From the NCBI GenBank assembly GCA_963664875.1, contig OY761611.1:2176001-2240000 (forward strand): a stretch of 64,000 nt of DNA. The letters run 5' to 3'. A program made the position numbers and the translations under genes. The notes under the pieces are model-generated. The model was not told the origin of the DNA. It was given only the letters and a program-made list of their open reading frames with translations, and did no database searches. Shown here one piece after another: positions 1-9,451 of this stretch; the stretch's first letter is position 1, and every line of letters begins with the position of its first letter. The stretch is from Candidatus Kapaibacterium sp. GTDB taxonomy: Bacteria; Bacteroidota; Ignavibacteria; Kapaibacteriales; UBA2268.

Positions 1-395
1 ACTGTAGTATTGAAATTTTCAAGATGTAGATTTAGATACAAAAACTATTTCATCATCTAATCGCACCACTGTAGTATTGAAATTTTTGAGCAAGATTTGT
101 CCCCATAGAGTTTCATTTTCATCTAATCGCACCACTGTAGTATTGAAATATAGATTTGATTAGTATATTTAACCTTGCTCACTTCCATCTAATCGCACCA
201 CTGTAGTATTGAAAGGACTGCAATTTTACATTTAGGCTATACGAAACAAAAAGCTCTAATCGCACCACTATAGTATTGAAATCCGAATTTTTCGGCAAGT
301 TGCTGAGCTTTTCCGCCACATCTAATCGCACCACTGTAGTATTGAAATATAATAGCGATATTAAAAAGAAATCCCCGGATAATGCATCTAATCGA
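1..395 (+). CRISPR. CRISPR array, trailer end (continues left of window); repeat CATCTAATCGCACCACTGTAGTATTGAAAT
   Basis: Partial repeat 1-16; full 30-bp repeats at 54-83, 120-149, 186-215, 253-282 and 319-348; degenerate terminal repeat from 385; six unique 36-37 bp spacers. The 3' ATTGAAA(N) end is typical of type I-B/III repeats. No cas genes in window. Confidence 0.97.
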
Positions 396-498
396 ATCAA
401 TCTTGCAGGCGGAATACATGGTAAAAGAAGCTATTGAGCTATATAATACTTATAGACCTCACTTAGCTTTATAGATAATAACTTCAGATTATATATAT

Positions 499-530
499 AA
501 AATCCCCGATAAAAATTTTACCAGGGATTA
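499..530 (-). terminator. Intrinsic terminator of permease operon
   Basis: Minus-strand stem AATCCCTGGTAA/TTATCGGGGATT followed by Ts, 45 bp past the stop codon. Confidence 0.6.
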
Positions 531-574
531 TTTTGATAATTAAATCTGTCAACTTATTTTAGGACTTTATATCT

Positions 575-1870
575 CTATTCCATGATAAACTTCAATACAA
601 ATAGTGCTGCAAGGACTATCGTTACCCATGACAAATCTTTGAATTTGCCGGATAAAAGTTTAAGCACGACATAAGAAAGCATACCAAATACTACACCTTC
701 TGCTATGCTATATGCCAATGGCATCATGATAACAGTTAGGAATACCGGAATTGTTTCTGTGATGTCATCAAAGTTAACTTTCAAAATTGGAGATAGCATA
801 AATGCACCCACCAAAATAAGTGCCGGTGCGGTAGCCGCCGCAGGAACCATTAGGAAGAGAGGTGCAAGGAACAAAGCAAGGAAAAACATTCCGGCTGTTG
901 TAAGAGAAGTAAGACCTGTGCGACCTCCTGCAGTTACACCTGATGCTGACTCTACATAAGTAGTTACAGTAGAAGTACCAAGCATAGCACCAACTGTAGT
1001 ACCAACTGCATCGGCAAATAATGCTTGTTTTACTCTTGGTACTCTGCCTTCTGCGTCCAACATATTTGCTTTAGAAGATACACCTACTAAAGTGCCCACA
1101 GTGTCAAACATATCTACAAAAAGGAAAGTAAAAAGAATTACAAGCATATCAATTGTAAATACCTGAGAAAAATCAAATTGAAAAGCTATAGGAGCAATGC
1201 TCGGAGGCATAGAAATTAGTCCACCTTCCGGCAAATGTGTTACATCAAGTGGGATACCAAGCACTGTGGTCGCAAAGATACCGATTAGCAATGCACCTTT
1301 GACATTTTTAGCAAGCAAAACACCACTAAGTATCAAACCAAATAACATAAGCAATACTTTTGTAGAATGAATTTCTCCAAGTCCGACAAGCACTGCATCG
1401 TTATTGACAATAAATCCTGCATTCTGCATACCGATAAAAGCAATGAATAGGCCGATACCGGCAGATATGGCGTGCTTCATATTTATTGGTATTGCATTTA
1501 CAATCAGTTCTCTGATGTTGAAAGCTGTTAATAGAAGGAAGATAATACCTTCCAAAAACACTGCAGTCAACGCAAACTGCCACGAATATCCCATGCCAAG
1601 GCAAACAGTAAATGCAAAAAATGCGTTTAGGCCCATTCCGGGAGCAAGTGCAAATGGCAGCTTTGCAACAAGTGCCATTACCAATGTCGCGATTATAGAA
1701 GCAATCGCTGTGGCTGAGAAGACAGCGTGTTTATCCATACCGGCAGCCGATAATATGTCGGGGTTGACAGCGAGGATATATGCCATAGTCATAAAGGTAG
1801 TAATACCTGCTATAACCTCAGTCTTTATCGTTGTCTTGTTTTCTGATAATTGAAAGAATTTTTCTAACAT
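575..1870 (-). CDS. NCS2/AzgA-family purine (xanthine/uracil/adenine/guanine) permease
   Basis: TEVIAGITTFMTMAYILAVNP, APGMGLNAFF, DMFDTVGT and TTYVESASGVTAGGRTGL motifs; many TM segments. Confidence 0.95.
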   Translation of the reverse strand: MLEKFFQLSENKTTIKTEVIAGITTFMTMAYILAVNPDILSAAGMDKHAVFSATAIASIIATLVMALVAKLPFALAPGMGLNAFFAFTVCLGMGYSWQFALTAVFLEGIIFLLLTAFNIRELIVNAIPINMKHAISAGIGLFIAFIGMQNAGFIVNNDAVLVGLGEIHSTKVLLMLFGLILSGVLLAKNVKGALLIGIFATTVLGIPLDVTHLPEGGLISMPPSIAPIAFQFDFSQVFTIDMLVILFTFLFVDMFDTVGTLVGVSSKANMLDAEGRVPRVKQALFADAVGTTVGAMLGTSTVTTYVESASGVTAGGRTGLTSLTTAGMFFLALFLAPLFLMVPAAATAPALILVGAFMLSPILKVNFDDITETIPVFLTVIMMPLAYSIAEGVVFGMLSYVVLKLLSGKFKDLSWVTIVLAALFVLKFIME

Positions 1871-1904
1871 GATTCAATATTTTTTATAGTTGACAATACT
1901 CTGT

Positions 1905-2582
1905 TTAGAAAGTCCATCTTACTGCAAGGGTAGGATTGACCATAAAGCCTTTGTGAGCTGCAAAATTGTTGCTCAGTTCTATTTCTGTACCTACCGAAAA
2001 CTGTTTCGTAGGGTTGTACCAAATTTGGGGCTCTGTCAGGAATACATAATCTTCCATACCCGGATTCCCATCCTCGTCAGCAACATAGACTTCCTCTTTC
2101 CAGAAATCAGCAAATCCGGAAAATGTTATCATATTGTCAAAGAAATTCAAAGTCCAAACACCTGTAAGCTGGAACGAAGCATAATCAGTACGCTCTATGT
2201 TTTTGTACATAGCTTGTATAGTGAAAATGCGTGAGAAATCCTGTGAAGCAAAAGTGTAATGAGCACCAAAGAGCCATGCATTGTTAAAATTGATTATACC
2301 GCTGGTACCCCCATTAAATTCGATATGTACTTCTAAAGGTTCATCCCAAAACTTAATACCTCTTGCAATTTCCATATAAGCACCTGAAACACTGCCGTTG
2401 GCAGCATAATCTAAGTCAGTAAAGGTAAAAGTGCTGCCATACTTATCTACTTTGAACATTTCGAATGTAGTAGTATAGTATTCGCGATCTTCGCCAAAAT
2501 CATAGTGAAGCTGTAAATTTTGAGCATTTGCATAGATTGAAATAGCAAACACAGCAATAAGGGTTAAAAGAATCTTTTTCAT
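1905..2582 (-). CDS. Outer-membrane barrel, DUF5020 / Tsx-like nucleoside channel
   Basis: Signal peptide from MKKILL (ATG 2582 preferred to 2627), QNLQLHYDFG start, TTTFEMFKVDKYGSTFTFTD motif, terminal WTF beta-signal; co-oriented with purine permease. Confidence 0.8.
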   Translation of the reverse strand: MKKILLTLIAVFAISIYANAQNLQLHYDFGEDREYYTTTFEMFKVDKYGSTFTFTDLDYAANGSVSGAYMEIARGIKFWDEPLEVHIEFNGGTSGIINFNNAWLFGAHYTFASQDFSRIFTIQAMYKNIERTDYASFQLTGVWTLNFFDNMITFSGFADFWKEEVYVADEDGNPGMEDYVFLTEPQIWYNPTKQFSVGTEIELSNNFAAHKGFMVNPTLAVRWTF

Positions 2583-2881
2583 ACCCATCCAATATATTGT
2601 TATAAAACCACCTAATATTCTATTCATAAATATATTTCAATAATATAATAAATATTTGCAGTACGACAAACTAATTTCTATTTGGAAACAAATTGAGTTT
2701 AGTATAGAGAATATTTTCGCAATATAAAGTTTTTTTGTTTTTCCAAAGCGTTGATTTTTCGACAAGTTCAATAATGCAGCTCAGTGATTAAGTAAATACT
2801 TTATTTTTTGACTACAATATTTTGTGTATTTTGTTGTATAAATGATATATTGTTTATCTTTCCATTCCGGCAGGTATAGCT

Positions 2882-4270
2882 ATGAAAGATTTGCTACTTT
2901 CTCTCTTCAGCTATTTCAAAGATATGTTTATAGAAGTAGTTTCCATCAAAGACGGAACTGATGTTGATGGTACTATCGATAGTATTAAAAAAGATGTCGG
3001 GGTTCGTGGTGCTAACGTTTGGATCTTGGTAAGTGCAGCAATGCTGGCTTCAATAGGTCTCGATGTTTCCTCTAGTGCTGTAATTATTGGTGCCATGCTT
3101 ATTTCACCGTTAATGGCTCCTATCCTCGGTATTGGATTGAGTATTGGCATAAGCGACCGCACCTTTCTTGAGGACTCACTTAAAAATTTTGGGATAGCAG
3201 TATTTGTTTCTTTAGCTACAAGTTTTGTATATTTTACGTTAACCCCTTTGGGGCAACCTACTGCAGAGATGCTGGCACGCACACGTCCGACTCTATTAGA
3301 TGTGGGTGTGGCAATATTTGGTGGTGTTGCTGGCATTGTAGCAAATTCAAGAAAATATAAAACAAACGCAATTCCGGGTGTTGCTATCGCAACTGCTTTG
3401 ATGCCTCCTTTGTGTACAGCCGGATACGGACTTGCAAGCGGGGACGGAGCATTTTTCTGGGGAGCATTCTATTTGTTTTTTATCAATGCCGTATTTATTG
3501 CACTTTCCACTTATGCAATAGTTCGATTCTTAAACTTCCCGCTTGTTGAGTTTTTGGATGTTAAAATCAAAAGAAAAATGCAAAGTTGGATTGCAATTTT
3601 TGCAACCATCGTTATAGTTCCGTCTGCATATATTTTCTATGGTGTGGTAGTAGAAGCCAAACGAGAAAAGGACACAAATTCTTTCGTCAAAAATAGATTC
3701 AATACTGCAAAATATGAAGCTATCAGAACTGAATTTATAGAAGGAGACAGCACAACTACTCTCAAGCTATATGCTATAGGTGAACCTATTCCGAAAGATA
3801 CTGTAAAACAGCTTCAAAAAGATCTCGAAAAATACGGATTGGAAGATATTACATTAAATCTGGTTCAAATGAATGTGCCTGAAAGCGAACGTGAACAGAT
3901 CAAAAACGAAGCGATGGTAGCAGCAGCTACTGACGTAATGAGAAAGATATCAATGACAAAGGAAGTATATGATGCAAAAGACAGACAAATAGATTCTTTG
4001 AAAAAACATATACAATACGTATCTTTGGATTCGGGTACAGTGGCTCAGCTGAAAAAAGAATCTTTTGCTCTTTATCCTGAAATCAAAAAAATATCCTTTG
4101 GTATGATTGATGATTATCAGGACAGCACAGGGTACAAACCAATACCGGTAGCTCTGATAGAACTTATCGGCAATGGTAAGTCTCGAGACAAAGACGAAAT
4201 ATTCAAAAGATATTCTGAATACTTTAAAGTCAGAATGGGACGCCAAACAGCAAGAGTTTTTTTGAAATAA
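2882..4270 (+). CDS. DUF389 (TIGR00341-like) membrane protein
   Basis: SAVIIGAMLISPLMAPI, ARTRPTLLDV and PGVAIATALMPPL motifs. Confidence 0.9.
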   Translation: MKDLLLSLFSYFKDMFIEVVSIKDGTDVDGTIDSIKKDVGVRGANVWILVSAAMLASIGLDVSSSAVIIGAMLISPLMAPILGIGLSIGISDRTFLEDSLKNFGIAVFVSLATSFVYFTLTPLGQPTAEMLARTRPTLLDVGVAIFGGVAGIVANSRKYKTNAIPGVAIATALMPPLCTAGYGLASGDGAFFWGAFYLFFINAVFIALSTYAIVRFLNFPLVEFLDVKIKRKMQSWIAIFATIVIVPSAYIFYGVVVEAKREKDTNSFVKNRFNTAKYEAIRTEFIEGDSTTTLKLYAIGEPIPKDTVKQLQKDLEKYGLEDITLNLVQMNVPESEREQIKNEAMVAAATDVMRKISMTKEVYDAKDRQIDSLKKHIQYVSLDSGTVAQLKKESFALYPEIKKISFGMIDDYQDSTGYKPIPVALIELIGNGKSRDKDEIFKRYSEYFKVRMGRQTARVFLK

Positions 4271-4297
4271 TTTTTTTTGATCTTGTATAAAAAAATA

Positions 4298-4329
4298 CTT
4301 GCATCAATCACAAAAACTCCTTAAGTTTG
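4298..4329 (+). promoter_or_regulatory. Bacteroidota-type promoter for tRNA-Gln-prs-rplY
   Basis: (C)TTG at 4298-4301, 20-nt spacer, TAAGTTTG at 4322-4329, 25 nt before the tRNA. Confidence 0.6.
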
Positions 4330-4354
4330 TACTCCTAATTGAGACGGGGAATAC

Positions 4355-4427
4355 AGGGATGTCGCCAAGTGGCTAAGGCACCGGTTTTTGGGTCCGGCAT
4401 TCGCAGGTTCGAGTCCTGCCATCCCTG
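4355..4427 (+). tRNA. tRNA-Gln (UUG), CCA not encoded
   Basis: Acceptor AGGGATG/CATCCCT, D arm GCCAAGTGGCTAAGGC, anticodon loop TT-TTG-GG, T arm GCAGG-TTCGAGT-CCTGC; classic position upstream of prs. Confidence 0.93.
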
Positions 4428-4465
4428 CTTTTTTTTTATTTATACATTACGACGATAAATAAAAA

Positions 4466-5407
4466 ATGCCTGAATTTAAAATAGCTGGTGGCAGAGCAAG
4501 TCAGTCATTAGCAGAAAAAGTAGCGACTCATCTGGGTATTAAGTTAGCTAAAACATCAATTCGCAATTTCTCCGATGGCGAGATTTGGGTTAAATACGAA
4601 GAGAATGTTAGAGGCGTTGATTTGTTTATAGTACAATCAACTTTCGCTCCATCTGATAATATCATGGAGCTTTTAATGCTTATAGATGCAGCAAAGAGAG
4701 CTTCCGCCAGTAGAGTAACAGCTGTTATTCCTTACTTCGGATACTCACGACAAGACAGAAAAGATCAGCCCCGCGTAGCACTAACTGCAAAATTAGTTGC
4801 TAATTTGCTCGAAAGAGCAGGAGCTGACAGAGTCATTACAATCGATTTGCATGCTTCGCAAATCCAAGGTTATTTCGATATTCCTATGGATCACTTGTAT
4901 GCCTCTCCTGTGATGATTAGACGTCTGAAAAAATTGAGCGGATTAGATCCGTTAGCAGTAGGTGCCCCTGATGTAGGTGGTGCCAAAACAGCACGCTCTT
5001 ACGCGAATAAATTAGGTGCAGACTTAGTTTTGGTCGATAAAAGAAGACCAGAGCATAACGTAGCAGAAATCATGCATATAATTGGTAACTGCGAAGACAA
5101 AAACGTGCTAATAGTTGATGATATGATTGATACCGGGACTACTTTTGTCAAATGTGCTGAGGCTTTGAAAGCCCAAGGTGCTAAAAGGGTTCTCGGTCTT
5201 TGTGTGCATCCGGTGTTTTCCGGTCAGGCTCTTGACAAAATCGAAGCTACAGACGCTGTAGAAAAAGTCTTTGTTACTGACACTATTCCTCTGAAAAGAC
5301 AGTCAGACAGAATAGAAGTAGTTTCAGTTGCAGAACTGCTTGCAGAGGCTATCATTCGCACACACGACAATCGCTCAATCAGCTCGCTTTTTGAGATAGA
5401 AAGATAA
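4466..5407 (+). CDS. prs: Ribose-phosphate pyrophosphokinase
   Basis: FSDGEI, PYFGYSRQDRK, DLHASQIQGYF and VDDMIDTGTT motifs. Confidence 0.98.
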   Translation: MPEFKIAGGRASQSLAEKVATHLGIKLAKTSIRNFSDGEIWVKYEENVRGVDLFIVQSTFAPSDNIMELLMLIDAAKRASASRVTAVIPYFGYSRQDRKDQPRVALTAKLVANLLERAGADRVITIDLHASQIQGYFDIPMDHLYASPVMIRRLKKLSGLDPLAVGAPDVGGAKTARSYANKLGADLVLVDKRRPEHNVAEIMHIIGNCEDKNVLIVDDMIDTGTTFVKCAEALKAQGAKRVLGLCVHPVFSGQALDKIEATDAVEKVFVTDTIPLKRQSDRIEVVSVAELLAEAIIRTHDNRSISSLFEIER

Positions 5408-5443
5408 AATAATTTAATAAGCTATATTCTGAAGGGTGTTGCT

Positions 5444-6025
5444 ATGAAAGAGGTAGCATTAAAGGTTCAAAAAAGAGATACAGGCAAAAAAGAAGTAAAA
5501 CAAGTAAGAGCTGAGGGACTTATCCCGGGTATCTGCTATTCTAAATCAAACGAACCAGTTGCAATTGCTGCAAAGCCTTTGGATATGCGTTCTGTTGTAT
5601 TTACTCCTTATACTAAAAAAGTATGCTTGGAAATCGAAGGTGGTCAAAATTTGGAATGTGTATTGAAAGAAGTTACTTTCGATCCTATCACTGACGAAAT
5701 CAAACACTTTGATTTGCAGGTTTTGGAAGAAAATACTCCAATTACAGTTAGCGTTCCATTTGTTCTTGTAGGTCAGTCAAGCGGTGTTCGTGCCGGTGGT
5801 ATTATGCAACACGTTTTGCGTAAATGCCCGGTTACATGTATGCCTAAAGATCTTGTAAGTGCTGTCGAAGTTGACGTTAAAGCACTTGAAATCGGCAAAT
5901 CTATTCACATTAAAGATGTGAAAAAAGAGAACATCAAATACGGTGTACCTGATCATACTATTATTTGCTCAGTTGCTGCTTCAAGAGCTTCTCGTTCTGC
6001 TGCAGATGCTGCTCCTGGCAAATAA
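5444..6025 (+). CDS. rplY: 50S ribosomal protein L25/Ctc
   Basis: RAEGLIPGICY, HFDL and GVRAGG motifs; follows prs. Confidence 0.95.
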   Translation: MKEVALKVQKRDTGKKEVKQVRAEGLIPGICYSKSNEPVAIAAKPLDMRSVVFTPYTKKVCLEIEGGQNLECVLKEVTFDPITDEIKHFDLQVLEENTPITVSVPFVLVGQSSGVRAGGIMQHVLRKCPVTCMPKDLVSAVEVDVKALEIGKSIHIKDVKKENIKYGVPDHTIICSVAASRASRSAADAAPGK

Positions 6026-6051
6026 TAAGTTATATATCTCTAGTTTTTATG

Positions 6052-6082
6052 CAAATAGCTGTCATCCAATGACAGCTATTTG
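6052..6082 (+). terminator. Hairpin terminator after rplY
   Basis: Perfect 13-bp stem CAAATAGCTGTCA/TGACAGCTATTTG. Confidence 0.7.
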
Positions 6083-6212
6083 TGTATATCTATGGTCTGT
6101 GTGAACCTTTTTATGGCTTGTTCTTCTTGCAATATAATAGTGCACATAGATCCGTAAAAAAAGGTACTAAATAATATTTAGCACCCTTAATTTGACGAAT
6201 TTTGCGACAGTA

Positions 6213-7379
6213 TTAGATCATCATTTTAAATATTTCTAAGACATCGTCTCTATCCAATTTTCTAAATTGACCTATCATACCAAATTTTGTAGCTTTGTCT
6301 GCCATTTCTTCTATTCTGCTATCATCGATGTCAAAATCTGATAGCTTTGTAGGCAATCCCATTGCTTTAAAGAAAGCACGCAACTTGCTAATACCTTCTT
6401 TTGCAGCAATGATTTTATCTTCGTTTGCTGGTACTCCCATAACATTAACTGCAAAATTGTAGTATTTCTCTACATTTTTCTCAGTCATAGTATATTCCAT
6501 CCAATAAGGAGTAATTAGAGCCAAGCCTGCACCGTGGGTTACATCATATATTGCACTGACTGCATGCTCAATCATGTGAACTGCCCAATCACCATATCTG
6601 CCGGTGGAGAGCAGTCCATTGAGAGCTAGAGTTCCGGTCCACATAAGGTTTGCTCTTGCTTCGTAGTTCTCAGGTTCTTTAATCGCAATTGGTCCATAAT
6701 GCATCGCAGTTTTTAGCATTGCTTCGCACATTCTGTCTTGAATATGAGTGCCGCCGATTGGAGAAAAGTATTGCTCTAAAATGTGACTCATTATATCTGC
6801 AGTTCCGGAAGCTGTTTGCCATTCATTCACTGTGTAGGTGTTTTCCGGGTCGAGTATTGAAAATTTTGGAAGTACTAATGGAGAGCCGGCTGGAAGCTTG
6901 TCTTGAGTTTCCCAATTAGTAACTACAGTGCCGCTGTTCATTTCCGAACCGGTAGCAGCCAAAGTCAGAATAGAAGCTACAGGGACTGCATCCATTGGAG
7001 TAGCTTTTCTTAAAAAGAAATCCCATACATCTCCATCATACTTTATACCCATAGAGATAGCTTTTGCTGCATCGATTACAGAGCCTCCGCCTACTGCTAG
7101 AATAAAGTCGCATTTATCTCTTTTGGCTACTTCTATTCCTTTATTGACAGACGAAAGACGTGGATTAGGTTCGATTCCACCAATCTCGGAGTGCTCTAAT
7201 CCTGCAGATCGAAGAGAGCTTGTAACCTTTTCAAACATACCGTTTATTTTAATGCGTTCGCTACCATAAACAATCAGTACTTTAGTTGCACCATGTTTTT
7301 TTGCAGCGTCGCCTACATGATCCATTTGTCCTTTGCCAAAAAGAATTTCTGTTGGTTGTGTAAAATTAAAGTTCAGCAT
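6213..7379 (-). CDS. Iron-containing alcohol dehydrogenase (NADH-dependent butanol dehydrogenase-like)
   Basis: GIEPNP, AVGGGSVIDAAK, TLAATGSE, HMIEH and HGAGLA metal-binding motifs. Confidence 0.93.
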   Translation of the reverse strand: MLNFNFTQPTEILFGKGQMDHVGDAAKKHGATKVLIVYGSERIKINGMFEKVTSSLRSAGLEHSEIGGIEPNPRLSSVNKGIEVAKRDKCDFILAVGGGSVIDAAKAISMGIKYDGDVWDFFLRKATPMDAVPVASILTLAATGSEMNSGTVVTNWETQDKLPAGSPLVLPKFSILDPENTYTVNEWQTASGTADIMSHILEQYFSPIGGTHIQDRMCEAMLKTAMHYGPIAIKEPENYEARANLMWTGTLALNGLLSTGRYGDWAVHMIEHAVSAIYDVTHGAGLALITPYWMEYTMTEKNVEKYYNFAVNVMGVPANEDKIIAAKEGISKLRAFFKAMGLPTKLSDFDIDDSRIEEMADKATKFGMIGQFRKLDRDDVLEIFKMMI

Positions 7380-7661
7380 AAGAACAATCTCCTATATTTA
7401 TAATATCAATTATCCAAAGCTTAATACGAAAGAAAGGGCTAAGTAGTTCAAAATATTAATGGCATGCAGTTGCGTGATAGCGAAACGTGATAGGGGTCAT
7501 GTGCTGATACATGGATTCTAAAGTATATACAAGGGACAATAATGAGCCCCAGTATATCTATAAGATTTATGGAGGTAGCTAAAAGTAACACAGCCCCCCA
7601 ACCCACAAACAAAAAATCCTTATAACTTTATCAGCTATAAGGATTTATAAGTTTCTTCCAG

Positions 7662-7734
<73 letters not shown>

Positions 7735-7750
7735 TCCTTAAAAAGGAATA

Positions 7751-7782
7751 CAAATTTAAGTGGATTTTTCTTTTTATCCAAA
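7751..7782 (-). promoter_or_regulatory. Bacteroidota-type promoter for tRNA-Phe
   Basis: Minus strand TTTG-N20-TAAATTTG, 16 nt before the tRNA. Confidence 0.65.
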
Positions 7783-7784
7783 CT

Positions 7785-8507
7785 TTATTTTTCACTATCT
7801 ATATTTTTTTCAGATGCAAGATTAGATTGTATAATAGAATGCAGCTTTTTCATTAGCTCATTTTCTGCAATTCTGTCCAATTTACCCTTGTTTTCTATAG
7901 GTTCCCCGATAATTAGATTTACTTCTGTCGGGATTATCTTTCTTGTAGTAGGTTCGTAAACTTTCCATGCATTGATAAGGGTTATGGGCACAATTGACTT
8001 TTCTGCTTTAGAGGCAAGCATGAACGCACCTCTCTTGAATTCACCCAATACGCCATTTCCGGAGCGTGTCCCTTCAGGAAAAATTACTATCGAGCTTCCA
8101 CTGTTTATTTCATTAACTGCAGTCTCTATGGATTGCATTGCTTTTCTTGGATCTTCCCTCACTATCGGAATAAAAGGCGATTTTTTTAAAGCATAACCGA
8201 AAATCGGAATCTTTTCTAATTCCTGTTTATATATCATTCTAATATCATCGCCAAGACCATAGATGAGTAGCGGGATGTCAAACATACTGGTATGATTGCT
8301 TATATAAATGTAAGTTTCGTCTTTTGCTAAATTCTCTTTTCCGATAATATTTAATTTTATTTTGCTTTTTTCAACAATATTCCTTGCCCATCTTTTGGAC
8401 AAAACGTTGAAAGAACGCTTGCCAAATAGTATCATACCGATGGCTACAAGGGCACTGTCAAAAATGGTGAAAAAAAGTATATTTGCAATTCTAAAATACG
8501 AACCCAT
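7785..8507 (-). CDS. plsC: 1-acyl-sn-glycerol-3-phosphate acyltransferase
   Basis: NHTSMFD (HX4D), FPEGTRS and FKRGAF motifs. Confidence 0.92.
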   Translation of the reverse strand: MGSYFRIANILFFTIFDSALVAIGMILFGKRSFNVLSKRWARNIVEKSKIKLNIIGKENLAKDETYIYISNHTSMFDIPLLIYGLGDDIRMIYKQELEKIPIFGYALKKSPFIPIVREDPRKAMQSIETAVNEINSGSSIVIFPEGTRSGNGVLGEFKRGAFMLASKAEKSIVPITLINAWKVYEPTTRKIIPTEVNLIIGEPIENKGKLDRIAENELMKKLHSIIQSNLASEKNIDSEK

Positions 8508-8509
8508 GA

Positions 8510-8839
8510 CTATTCCTTTGCTGCTTCTAAGCAGTTAGCATCTTCGGACGAACAGAGTATGGTACAGATTTTTTTAACTGTCTGGTCTTTAACAGAGTAA
8601 TACCTTTGAAGTCCCTGCGCCCGGCATTCCAAAATGTTATTAGTAAGAAATAGCTTTAATTGTTTGGATACATTAGCCTGCAGCAAGCCTGTTTGCTCGA
8701 TTATTTCAGTTACGCACTTTTCACCGGCAAATAGAGTCCTAAGAATTTTTAATCTTGAAGGCTCTGATAATATTTTGAATTTGGTAGCTAAAATATCTAA
8801 CTCTTCGTCAGTAAAGATTTTTTTTTCGGAAGATTCCAC
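8510..8839 (-). CDS. ArsR/SmtB-family transcriptional regulator
   Basis: FKILSEPSRLKIL, EKCVTEI, LQANVSKQLK winged-HTH pattern; Cys-rich C-terminus; GTG start. Confidence 0.88.
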   Translation of the reverse strand: MESSEKKIFTDEELDILATKFKILSEPSRLKILRTLFAGEKCVTEIIEQTGLLQANVSKQLKLFLTNNILECRAQGLQRYYSVKDQTVKKICTILCSSEDANCLEAAKE

Positions 8840-9113
8840 AACAAACCCCCTACAATAAAAGGATTAGAGATTATATAAAGCAGATTTAGTTCTGTTTTCT
8901 GTTCGCTTAATGCATCAATTGCAGCTATTAAATACAATTTGTCATTTTTATGATAAGTAAAGATATTCTAAATATTTATAAAAAACAAATAGTCCTTATA
9001 CATTTTCGATATTTGTTGTAACGAGTAAAAATTATAACAATAGTTATTAAAATATTTCGTATATTTTTGCAAGACTAATTTGTATTTTTGTTGCAACTAA
9101 AGAAAAGTGAATC

Positions 9114-9308
9114 ATGGCTTTGCATACTTATACATGTGCCAAATGTGGCAGAGAAAAACAAATCGAAATACAACCCGGGCAATCTATCGAAGATGCCAAA
9201 GGCGGTTGCGGATGCGGAAGCAAATCTGATAAAATAAACGGATTGGATATCATGTCTGATAATAAATCAGGCTGTGGATGTGGCGGCGGTGGATGTGGTT
9301 GCCACTAA
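9114..9308 (+). CDS. 64-aa Cys/Gly-rich small protein (zinc-ribbon N-terminus, metallothionein-like GCGC repeats)
   Basis: YTCAKCG knuckle, three CGC motifs and terminal His; upstream TAnnTTTG boxes and own terminator. Confidence 0.75.
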   Translation: MALHTYTCAKCGREKQIEIQPGQSIEDAKGGCGCGSKSDKINGLDIMSDNKSGCGCGGGGCGCH

Positions 9309-9360
9309 TCAAATTAAATTGTTGATTTAACAGAATCCCAATCATATATAACTCTCTAAG

Positions 9361-9392
9361 AGGCTATCTGTACCAAGCAGTAGCCTTTTTTT
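9361..9392 (+). terminator. Intrinsic terminator after small Cys-rich gene
   Basis: AGGCTA-TCTG...CAG-TAGCCT stem plus T-tract. Confidence 0.7.
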
Positions 9393-9451
9393 ATTTTCTG
9401 CTATTACTTATATATATTTGCATAGATTCAATTTCGGATAAGGAAATTTCA

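Noticed and set aside
179-419. ORFs 179-400 and 237-419 on the minus strand
   Set aside because: Translations of CRISPR repeats (recurrent FQYYSGAIR / FNTTVVRL), not genes.
349-512. Last spacer contains AAATCCCCGGATAA, similar to AAATCCCCGATAA near 500 (self-targeting?)
   Set aside because: Only ~13 bp with an indel in AT-rich DNA; too short for a protospacer.
7440-7610. Possible integrase remnant downstream of tRNA-Phe (minus strand reads MTPITFRYHAT, like TPHxxRH)
   Set aside because: The catalytic His residues are absent, there is no extended ORF and no duplicated tRNA 3' end; probably chance.
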